A stretch of DNA of 64,000 nucleotides from a virus, in the IMG/VR virus record IMGVR_UViG_3300025696_000001, positions 1 through 64,000 of that record; one strand, written 5' to 3'. Of this stretch, positions 55,876-63,605 are shown piece after piece (positions within the stretch are counted from its first letter, which is position 1; each line of letters starts with the position of its first letter). The notes beneath the pieces were generated by a model, which did no database searches, was not told where the DNA came from, and saw only the letters and a program-made list of their open reading frames with translations. A program made the position numbers and the translations under genes.

Positions 55876-56142
55876 TTAATTAATTTTAATAACTTTATTA
55901 CAATACACACATAAAGTATGTACATATATTTCTCTATTAGGTCTATTATTTATTTTTTCACAATGTTCAATATGTTTTTTCAAACTATCAGAACATTTCA
56001 TAATATCTGTACTTTTTATAAACAATGTTTTGCCATTTTTAGTATAACTAATTTTAGCTAATACTTGTTGTGATATTTTGTGATTAAAAAATATAATATC
56101 TCCTATATTTAAATTGTTATTGTTAAAATCTTTTATTTTCAT
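55876..56142 (-). CDS. Second intron ORF (88 aa) in the P9 region, unknown function
   Basis: Lies between the P9 hairpin and the terminal hairpin 55849-55872. Cys/His pattern C-x10-H-C ... C-x2-C. Confidence 0.45.
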   Translation of the reverse strand: MKIKDFNNNNLNIGDIIFFNHKISQQVLAKISYTKNGKTLFIKSTDIMKCSDSLKKHIEHCEKINNRPNREIYVHTLCVYCNKVIKIN

Positions 56143-56265
56143 AATATTTATTAATTAAACTGCTGCATATTACTATGCAGATTAGACTATATCTTCACTC
56201 ATTTCTGAGGTCTACCGTTTCCACTCACTTGAATGTACGTTCACAATGAACTAGTCGTTGCGCAT

Positions 56266-56976
56266 TTATTTATATTTATATTTATTAAATTTAACATTTT
56301 TACTATTTATCCTATAATAAATAGTTGATGATGGTATTTTTAATTGTCTAGAAGCTTCATTTAAAGATTTATACTCTATATTATTTATAATAATAGGTTT
56401 TTCTTGACCATTATTACATTTACCTAGATGAGCTATTCTTAATTTTTCTTTAGTTTCTATACTGTGTTTTTTACCATAAAAAGAATTATTTCTACCTTTT
56501 CTATTTGTACATTTAATACAGGCTTTAGAGCTACTATTAATTCTTGTACCACATTTACAATAAGTTAATCCACCTTTCCAATTAGGGTTGTTACTTCCTA
56601 TGTAAGATTTAGTTCTTTTAGGTGCTTTTAATAAAGCTTCAGTAGTTTTTTTTATAATCTCAGCTCTATTAGGATGATTAAATATTAAATCACCACCTGT
56701 AGCCATTTTTGAAATATTATAAGTATCCTTAAAATCAATAACATTATCAAATAGATATTGTTCTCTCTCAAGATAATTATAACAAGTTTCAATAATTATA
56801 AATTCAAAATTGTCTTCTGAATATTTATTAAAAGCTCTTTGTAAATGAATAGAATGATGTTTATTCTTTCTTAATTCATTAAAATGTTTTAATTTTCTAA
56901 CATGGCAGTTTTTACTACTACCAATATAGAATTTCCCGTTAATTCTATTACGAATTATATAAATGTATCCTTTCAT
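56266..56976 (-). CDS. Intron-encoded GIY-YIG homing endonuclease
   Basis: GYIYIIRNRINGKFYIGSS (GIY-YIG). NUMOD3-like GKKHSIETKEKLRIAHLGK. C-terminal HTH-like YKSLNEASRQLKIPSSTIYYR. Sits where T4-type introns carry their ORF (P6 loop). Confidence 0.8.
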   Translation of the reverse strand: MKGYIYIIRNRINGKFYIGSSKNCHVRKLKHFNELRKNKHHSIHLQRAFNKYSEDNFEFIIIETCYNYLEREQYLFDNVIDFKDTYNISKMATGGDLIFNHPNRAEIIKKTTEALLKAPKRTKSYIGSNNPNWKGGLTYCKCGTRINSSSKACIKCTNRKGRNNSFYGKKHSIETKEKLRIAHLGKCNNGQEKPIIINNIEYKSLNEASRQLKIPSSTIYYRINSKNVKFNKYKYK

Positions 56977-57129
56977 AGATACAAATATACAACAGATTAA
57001 ATGGAATACCAAATAATATGTCAACTAATTTATAATAAATTTAATTATAAAATTTAGCACAGGATTATCCCCAGCTTAATCTGGTAGGACTTTCCCTGTT
57101 TAGATAGATTTAACCTCAGCTTACATTTT

Positions 57130-57855
57130 ACCGAGGAAAGTGTCCACACTATGTTGATGCCATTTTAAAGTGAATTTATATCTAGATATATTCTTGTTAG
57201 GATTAGGATTTTTAAAGTCCATATCACTAACAGATTTACCTTCCCATAATTTCATTATTAATTCTGTTCTAGATAATGGCTCAACTAATATCTCAAAACT
57301 CCAATGACAAGGTGTTAATGCACATTGATCTTTTTCTGCTGGATTCCAAAAAGTTACTGTTTTCTTAGTAGCCATTGGATTACTTTTAAGAGTATTAATA
57401 AGTTCTGAAAATTGGTCTAATGTAGGTGATATACCATCTGATTTTCCTTCATCTGACCAACTTCTCAATTGAGCACCATATCCTCTACCTATATTTCCTA
57501 TTTCTGGAAAATGTTTTAGTTTTGATATATAATTTTCTACTCTCATTGTAGGTTTATTATTTTGTTTTTTATACCAATAATTAAAAGCATCTTTACTCCA
57601 AATGTTAATATCATTATCTACAAGATATTTAATATTTTGTTCCCCTCTTAAAATCCATAACAACTCTCCTACAACACCTTTCCAATATAACTGTTTAGTA
57701 GTTATTGCGGGAAAACCATCATTAAAATTGTGTACAATCTTATAATCTGGTATTTGAAGCCTATATACACCTTTACGATTTGGGTCTTCATATCTAAATC
57801 CATCATCTAGGATGTGTTGTAGTAATTTGTGATATTTTTTATCTATAAAAGCCAT
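57130..57855 (-). CDS. thyA: Thymidylate synthase, exon 1
   Basis: FPAITTKQLYWKGVVGELLWILRG, TFWNPAE, ALTPCHWSFE (catalytic Cys), ends ..WHQHSVDTFLG. Confidence 0.85.
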
Positions 57856-57903
57856 TTATTTTTTGTATTTTTTACGTTTATCATTTTTATTTTTTCATCT
57901 ATT

Positions 57904-58311
57904 TTACTCATTTTTTCTTTTTAAATGCGCTTCTATTTTTCTTAGTTCGGTAGTAATTCTAGCACAGATTTCATATTCTTTTCTGTCACTATATTTTCTT
58001 ATTTCAGATTTTAATTGTGCTATTCTACCTTCGAGATTTATTTTTCTAACTATACTCTTTTTTCTTGAATTGAATACAGAAGTAGCTATTGTAATAGTCT
58101 CTTCCCAATTCAAAGTTTCGTCAAAAGAACTATATTCTCTTTTTATTACGGTATATGGAATTTCTTTACCATCAATTTCCGTAATTGAATGTCTTAAAGA
58201 GCCTTTTTCCAATAAATCACTGTTATCTTCAAAAAAACTCTTTGTTGTATTCTCGTTAGAAATTGATTCAGTATCAATTTCAACATCTATTAACTGTTCA
58301 GCTCTAAACAT
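57904..58311 (-). CDS. Hypothetical protein (135 aa)
   Basis: Charged, protein-like composition. The overlapping plus-strand ORF 57863..58405 is F/L/S-rich antisense noise. Confidence 0.55.
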   Translation of the reverse strand: MFRAEQLIDVEIDTESISNENTTKSFFEDNSDLLEKGSLRHSITEIDGKEIPYTVIKREYSSFDETLNWEETITIATSVFNSRKKSIVRKINLEGRIAQLKSEIRKYSDRKEYEICARITTELRKIEAHLKRKNE

Positions 58312-58376
58312 ATTTTTATTTTATCAATCTCTAGTCATTATGACTGAAATCTTTTTTATTAAACTTCATATTTTCA

Positions 58377-59315
58377 TTATTTTAAAAATTTACGATAGAC
58401 TTTAGCTATCTCTAATTTGTCATCAGGCTTTGGTAATTCCATAAAATAGTTTACTGCTCCATCAAAATATAATGGACATAATGAATTACCACCACCTTCA
58501 CGTGATGCAAGTATTTCTAAGAATCTTATTTTATCTTTAAAGTGTAGTATATTGTATCCATCTTTTTCTGGATATGTTTTTATACTATGTCTAAAAGGAC
58601 TAAACAAGCCTAATATTACATCTGCATCACGCTGTGTAAGTTTATTGTCAGCAAGACCATCAAGACTAGGTTTTAACCTACTAGCCTTCATGTTTTCTAT
58701 ACTTTCTTGTGCTGCTGATTGCTGTTGTATTACTACTGGTGAAAAATTAAACCTATTTCTAAGTTTGACCAAATAGTCAGAAGAAAGTTTTGTTATTGAT
58801 TCATGTAGATTTCTATGCTCTTTTTCTTTGGATATTAAAGAGATGTGATCTATAATAATTATAACATATTCTTCTGGATCATGAGGTTCATAATAGTCAA
58901 ATATTTCATTTTCACTACTCTCACCAGTTTTTGAATCAGTAAATACTTTTGTTTTATAATGTGTTACACCATTTCTATTGGCATAATCTTCCATAAATTT
59001 ATAGATACCATATGGATTTTTAATATTATCAATGAACGTTACCGTTTTATCAAATTGATTAAAATATTCATCATAACCATCTATTTTATCAAGTACTTCC
59101 TGTTCTACAGCTCCTTTTACACTACGTAAACTTACTGGGTCTATTCTTACTTCTCCCCTTGTATCCATGTAAAGCTTGTTTGAGATTGCCTGTCTCAATT
59201 TTTGCTCTGCACTCATTTCCAGAGAGAAATAAAATATTTTTAATTTGGTATTATCATTTTTTTGTACATATCTTAAAGGATTGTACATAAACAAATGATC
59301 TGCTATTTGTGATTT
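58377..59315 (-). CDS. DnaB-like replicative helicase, exon 2
   Basis: KSQIADHLF.., FYFSLEMS (H1a), IIIDHISLI (Walker B), RecA-like core. The frame is open upstream of the track start to 59315. Confidence 0.75.
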   Translation of the reverse strand, partial: KSQIADHLFMYNPLRYVQKNDNTKLKIFYFSLEMSAEQKLRQAISNKLYMDTRGEVRIDPVSLRSVKGAVEQEVLDKIDGYDEYFNQFDKTVTFIDNIKNPYGIYKFMEDYANRNGVTHYKTKVFTDSKTGESSENEIFDYYEPHDPEEYVIIIIDHISLISKEKEHRNLHESITKLSSDYLVKLRNRFNFSPVVIQQQSAAQESIENMKASRLKPSLDGLADNKLTQRDADVILGLFSPFRHSIKTYPEKDGYNILHFKDKIRFLEILASREGGGNSLCPLYFDGAVNYFMELPKPDDKLEIAKVYRKFLK

Positions 59316-59378
59316 CTCTTTGTTACCTTATTTCTAAGGGTTAAGTCATTTCTGCTTAACTCTACAATTTAATATTAA

Positions 59379-60071
59379 TTAAAACTCATCATCTTCTTCT
59401 TCTTGGTCAACTTCATCATTGTTATTACCTTTTTCAAGATTAAAAACATATATGATAATTTCATTACCTGAATTAGGATTATGTACTCTAGAAGTAGATA
59501 CGTTAAATGTTTCCATTACCTCGTTAATATCTTCAAATCTATTACAATTTGTATTTGTTGAAGCAAGTATTGCACCTCTACCACAGTCATTAAACATTCC
59601 CAATAATATCTTTGAATAGATTCTATTGGTTATTTGTCTAATTTCATCGTTGGTAAGTTTTATATTTTCATCTAATCTATTGTTAACCCTAATAATTTGA
59701 TGACAAATATTATTATAACAAGCAGTTATGTTATTAATTTGCGAAACACCACAGCTCATATTAAGTCTTTCATTATAATTACCCATAGTATTATGAGTAA
59801 TTTCAATTATATCATTATCACTAACTCTAATTGAATATGATCTATCTCCATTATATTGAATCTCATTAAGTATTCTATCAAATGGATATTTTTCAATTAC
59901 AGGCTCTTCTACTACATCTTCAAAAAGATTTGTACCATATCTACTATTCAGGTTACGATCGTTTCTCAGAAGATATCTATTTTCATTCTGTGGATCTATT
60001 TCTACTTCATACTCATTACCTACTGTGAGGTTGTAATTTCTCGCATCTACGCAAGTTACTATTTTTGACAT
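59379..60071 (-). CDS. Intron-borne ORF (230 aa), unknown function
   Basis: Lies between the putative 3' core and the terminal hairpins. Acidic tail DQEEEDDEF. No HEG motif seen. Confidence 0.55.
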   Translation of the reverse strand: MSKIVTCVDARNYNLTVGNEYEVEIDPQNENRYLLRNDRNLNSRYGTNLFEDVVEEPVIEKYPFDRILNEIQYNGDRSYSIRVSDNDIIEITHNTMGNYNERLNMSCGVSQINNITACYNNICHQIIRVNNRLDENIKLTNDEIRQITNRIYSKILLGMFNDCGRGAILASTNTNCNRFEDINEVMETFNVSTSRVHNPNSGNEIIIYVFNLEKGNNNDEVDQEEEDDEF

Positions 60072-60329
60072 TGTTTTGTTTTTTAATTAATTTTTATTTT
60101 TGTAGTTCGGACTTTCCCTTCATCTTATTTACACCAATCTCCACCACAACAAGATGATCCTGTTGGACATGAATTTTTAATAAGATGTTCCTTTGAAGTC
60201 TCTACACCGTTTTGAAATATAGTAATTTCTGCTGCTAATTTACCAGAATTTAAATTTTTCATTAAAAGTTTATTTTTAATTTTATTTAAAAAATTATTAT
60301 ATTCATCAATTGACGGCACGGGATTGCCA

Positions 60330-60953
60330 TTATTCTTTGTATTTTTCATAAATAAGTTTTATTCTTCTTTCTGTTATATATTTCCATGATTTGATCTTTT
60401 TTTCAAAATTAATATCTGATACTCTAGATTTAAAAAAACCATTTACATAATCTTTTTTCTCATTTACTTTAAAAGATTTCATTACCTTACATACACCTTC
60501 ACAAAAAGAATGATTATAATTATAGACTCTTGTTGCATTTTTAAATACGTATAATATATACGAAATTGTTAAGAGCTCTACTTTAGTGTAGCCTTTTAAT
60601 TTCTTTATCTTATTATAATAATGTACTACATGTTCAAATCCATGTGTTGTATCTCCCCATATATATCTTATACACATTCCAGTAATTATATAATCTGATT
60701 TTCTAAATCCAGGTTTAACATCAACAATTATTTCATTTCTTTTTGTTTTGATATCACCTATTGGTAATTTCATCTTTTTCAAATCTTTTATATAGTCAAG
60801 AGATTGGGACATATTTTTGTTGTATAAATCCTTTCCTTGTATCAATATTGATCTTTCACCTTTTTTAAAGGGTCTTGAACAAGATGTATTAAAATCTGCA
60901 AAACAAGCTTGATCTGTTTTTTTTATTTTATCTATTATATAACTTGAAGCCAT
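60330..60953 (-). CDS. Intron-borne ORF (207 aa) in the P5 loop, unknown function
   Basis: Exactly bracketed by the two strands of P5. Its stop codon lies inside P5'. No GIY-YIG, HNH, LAGLIDADG or His-Cys motif recognised. Confidence 0.55.
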   Translation of the reverse strand: MASSYIIDKIKKTDQACFADFNTSCSRPFKKGERSILIQGKDLYNKNMSQSLDYIKDLKKMKLPIGDIKTKRNEIIVDVKPGFRKSDYIITGMCIRYIWGDTTHGFEHVVHYYNKIKKLKGYTKVELLTISYILYVFKNATRVYNYNHSFCEGVCKVMKSFKVNEKKDYVNGFFKSRVSDINFEKKIKSWKYITERRIKLIYEKYKE

Positions 60954-60999
60954 ATTTATTTTTTTTTAATAATGGGTTTCCCCGTTTAATTATATACTA

Positions 61000-61917
61000 T
61001 TATTTTTTGGGTATATAATCATTAAACAATTTTAATAACATTTTATTATTTCTTCTATACACTTTTTCAAAAGATTCAATACTTTTAAATGTATTTACAT
61101 TAACTCCTTTTGATAAACTTTTGAATAAATTAAGTGATTCTTCTTTATTTTTAATACCATTGGTAAAATCACCTAAAATATTTGAAATATTTATACAGTG
61201 ATTAAGTGATGTTATTTTTTTAATATCATTACTAATCAGTCTACAATGATATATAACAGACTTGTTATTTATTATATTTTCTATACTTTTTTTATCAATT
61301 AAATTATTAAATCTCAAAACACATCTATAACTACAATTATCAGGATTTTTACCTTTATCTTTATCCTTAGAGTTTAAAAAGTACAAAAAGTTATTATACA
61401 TATGATAGTCAGGAAGATATTCTCTATAGCATTTTACACTTCTTAAATCAGTAAATGCATATTCTTTTGTGTTTTCCATAATACTTATCATAAAAAGACA
61501 ATATAAAAGATTCTTTTTTCTCTTTGAACTATAGTCCATTGATTTTCTTAAATATTCTCTTCCTGATAAATAACATGAGCATCTTATAAATCTAATAAGT
61601 AGGATTTTTTTCATAATAGTATCACATTCTATAGTATACATATTATATTCACTTTTATCTATTTTAAATAAATGGGATAACTTATCAAGAAGCTCTTTAA
61701 GTACAGGTATTTCTGATATTTCAACATTTTTATTTTCATTTGAACTTCTTATTTCAAATTTAAATATATGTTTATTAGAATCGTAGGTACCTCTTGCAAA
61801 TACTCCATCCCAACATTGAAGTCCTCTTTGATTATTTGAATTCGTTATATTTGTTGAGTTGGACTTGTTGTTGGAATACACTGTAAGAATGTATTGCTCT
61901 TTTAATTTTTGTGACAT
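61000..61917 (-). CDS. Intron-borne ORF (305 aa), unknown function
   Basis: Follows P2. Preceded by a duplicated AAUUUAAAC string. No HEG motif recognised. Confidence 0.55.
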   Translation of the reverse strand: MSQKLKEQYILTVYSNNKSNSTNITNSNNQRGLQCWDGVFARGTYDSNKHIFKFEIRSSNENKNVEISEIPVLKELLDKLSHLFKIDKSEYNMYTIECDTIMKKILLIRFIRCSCYLSGREYLRKSMDYSSKRKKNLLYCLFMISIMENTKEYAFTDLRSVKCYREYLPDYHMYNNFLYFLNSKDKDKGKNPDNCSYRCVLRFNNLIDKKSIENIINNKSVIYHCRLISNDIKKITSLNHCINISNILGDFTNGIKNKEESLNLFKSLSKGVNVNTFKSIESFEKVYRRNNKMLLKLFNDYIPKK

Positions 61918-61987
61918 TGTTTTGTTTAAATTGTTTAAATTCGGAATTATTCAATATGTATTACTACATAAGGTGGCAAATCTGTTT

Positions 61988-62158
61988 ACCAACTTTACTA
62001 TTTGCAGTAACAAGATAATATTTACCCTGTTCTATACCAGCTAGTGATTCTTCAAAACGAGGCATCCCAAAAGGAATACAATTGCTTTTACCACTTATTG
62101 ATCTTTCTCTTCTTTGAGCTAGATCTCATCTTACTCTATTGAATAATGTTTTTTCCAT
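61988..62158 (-). CDS. DnaB-like replicative helicase, exon 1 (57 codons), one in-frame TGA
   Basis: MEKTLFNRVR[TGA]DLAQRRERSISGKSNCIPFGMPRFEESLAGIEQGKYYLVTANSKVG ends in the first half of the Walker A motif. TGA at 62126-28. Confidence 0.7.
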
Positions 62159-62328
62159 TATTTTATTTTATTAATTATATATATTTGAGGTTTAACTATC
62201 GTTTTTTTGTTAACACCCATTTTTCTGTGTACTTGTTTTTTAATATCTTTAAACTGATCTTGCGGATCAGCTTTTTCAGAAGACATTTCAAACATGTCTT
62301 CATTAACTAATACTTTCCATTTCGTCAT
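62158..62328 (-). CDS. Small hypothetical protein (56 aa)
   Basis: MTKWKVLVNEDMFEMSSEKADPQDQFKDIKKQVHRKMGVNKKTIVKPQIYIINKIK. TAATG overlap with helicase exon 1. Confidence 0.4.
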   Translation of the reverse strand: MTKWKVLVNEDMFEMSSEKADPQDQFKDIKKQVHRKMGVNKKTIVKPQIYIINKIK

Positions 62329-62334
62329 TTTTAT

Positions 62335-62922
62335 CTATTTCAATTCGGTTCTCCAATCGGAGTTTTCTGGTTCTTTTCTTGCTTGTTCAATCCATATTTC
62401 AAGTTCGGATGTTTCCTCACCTCTAAAATTTTGTTTGTATATAAAATAATCAGCACGTTTAATATATTTAAAGTTATTATTAAAACTTTCTATATATAAT
62501 TTTGTTGCTTTGATTATTTCATCAAAGTCTACGTCTGTATTTGTTTCAAGAAATCTTTCAAGTTTCTTTTTTACGGATTGTAAATTACCCATAGAACCAA
62601 CACGGATATCTTTAAATAGTAGTCTATATTCTTTAGTATAGTCTTCCATCTTTTCATCTTTTTGTTTATCAATTTTTATTGTAACAAAAAGTTTTACTAC
62701 TTTTTCACCTTTATCTCTTAAATATACACCTGTTTTATCAGATACCAAATATTCTTTTTCAATCAAATCATTGATATATACTTTATTTAAGTCATAGTCA
62801 AAATATATTTTTTTTGAACTAAGATATATTTTAATTAAACACATTATTTGGTTTATATTTATATTTAGGATTTTAAGGTCTTTAAAGTTAAATGATACGT
62901 TTTCTATATCTCATGTATTCAT
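62335..62922 (-). CDS. Hypothetical protein (195 aa if the in-frame TGA is read; 169 aa from ATG 62844 otherwise)
   Basis: The MNT[TGA]DIENVSFNF.. extension is in frame with track ORF 62335..62844 and closes the gap. TGA at 62911-13. TAG stop. Confidence 0.5.
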
Positions 62923-62932
62923 ATTTTTATTG

Positions 62933-63094
62933 TTAATAATCTAGTTCATCATCGTCTTCTACTACAACCATTCCTTCTTCATCACACAATGTACATTCTT
63001 TATAATGCAATCCTTTTGTCTTACCAGATACTTTTTCTGTCATATACTTTTTTTCTCCAAAGCATTGTGGACAAATATCTTTTTCTACTTCCAT
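62933..63094 (-). CDS. Small zinc-ribbon protein (53 aa)
   Basis: MEVEKDICPQCFGEKKY...KECTLCDEEG: two CxxC pairs and an acidic tail. Confidence 0.45.
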   Translation of the reverse strand: MEVEKDICPQCFGEKKYMTEKVSGKTKGLHYKECTLCDEEGMVVVEDDDELDY

Positions 63095-63095
63095 A

Positions 63096-63605
63096 TTATT
63101 TCAATTTAGATTGCTTAAACTTCTTAAATCCAGATGTAATATGATAAGATTTATCATTTCTACCAGCTCTAAATGCTTGTTCTAAAGCTTCATCATCCGC
63201 TGTTATAGTCATAAGTTCATTTTTAACACCTTCTTTTTCAAATCTACGTTTATAATCATTATCATGATGATTTCTAATATGTACATGCCATTGATAATTG
63301 TTTCCATAACCAATAGGTATTTTTAAAACAGATAAAACATCAAATTTTTCTTTCAGTTTATTTACTGTAAACTTATTAGTTACATGAGCCATTACAACTC
63401 TCATTGAAGTTTTTTTAGATAATATCTCTTCTATGATATTTAATTTATTATTAAAATCTCTAGGTGACATATTAACATATTCAAGTGTTCCAAACTTACA
63501 ATTGTCGCTTGATCTGTTAAATTTAACATAACTACCTGTTTTGTTACATCTATAATTACCAGCGTTGTCAGCTTTTATTGTATTTATTATTTCTTTTTCA
63601 TTCAT
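63096..63605 (-). CDS. Hypothetical protein (169 aa)
   Basis: ORF with ATGA-type coupling to the upstream gene. Confidence 0.55.
   Translation of the reverse strand: MNEKEIINTIKADNAGNYRCNKTGSYVKFNRSSDNCKFGTLEYVNMSPRDFNNKLNIIEEILSKKTSMRVVMAHVTNKFTVNKLKEKFDVLSVLKIPIGYGNNYQWHVHIRNHHDNDYKRRFEKEGVKNELMTITADDEALEQAFRAGRNDKSYHITSGFKKFKQSKLK

Larger units (their letters stand above)
55839..57129 (-). mobile_element. Group I intron (T4 td-like, IA2 type) in thyA, 1291 nt
   Basis: 5' splice site after U: P1 CCUCGGU / GCUGAGG. P10 GUAA / UUAC. Core string AAUCUAUCUAAACAGGGAAAGUCCUACCAG..CUGGGGAUAAUCCUGUGCUAAAUU. 3' core GACUA..P7.1..P7.2..GGUAGA..CUCA-GAAA-UGAG..AAGAUAUAGUC, P9 with a GUAA loop, and a terminal G. 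Confidence 0.8.
59316..61987 (-). mobile_element. Group I intron (2672 nt) splitting the helicase Walker A motif, carrying three ORFs
   Basis: P1 AAGUUGGU / GCCACCUU with U.G at the splice site. P10 GAUUU / AAAUC. P2 AUGUA-GUAA-UACAU. P4 (ACGGG/CCCGU) and P5 (CCAUUAUU/AAUAAUGG) bracket ORF 60330..60953. GAAGGGAAAGUCC resembles J8/7-P7'. Terminal hairpins, then ..AAAGAG|. Confidence 0.7.

Noticed and set aside
57863-58405. Track ORFs antisense to confident genes. Examples: 57863..58405(+), 35980..36273(+), 36337..36582(+), 18407..18619(-), 40116..40433(+), 51331..51633(+), 1303..1527(-), and the other short opposite-strand ORFs inside the giants.
   Set aside because: They have the F/L/S/I-rich low-complexity composition typical of the antisense of K/E/N-rich coding DNA. 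Each is fully overlapped by a longer ORF with recognisable domains or protein-like composition.
60100-60124. GGGAAAGUCCGAAC resembles the universally conserved GGAAAGUCCGGGC of RNase P RNA.
   Set aside because: Only about 10 nt match inside a 53-nt spacer and none of the other RNase P helices are present. The same GGGAAAGUCC string occurs in the thyA intron P4-P5 region, so an intron-core context is more likely.
60125-60349. A 74-aa ORF ending in a Cys-rich tail (..NSCPTGSSCCGGDWCK) that looks like a RiPP precursor or small toxin.
   Set aside because: It runs straight through the P5'-P4'-P6 strands (AAUAAUGGCAAUCCCGUGCC) and the GC-rich putative P7-P8 core of the helicase intron. The Gly/Cys/Pro-rich tail is most simply the translation of structured RNA. 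There is no modifying enzyme nearby.
59316-61987. An intein, or a split intein, as the explanation for the DnaB-like gene being broken in the P-loop. This is a classic intein site, with Ser as the +1 residue.
   Set aside because: Exon 1 hits a TAG six codons after the break. The intervening ORFs are in different frames and separated by stops. No intein blocks are present (N-terminal Cys/Ser..TxxH, C-terminal HN). Group I P1 and P10 pairings are present instead.
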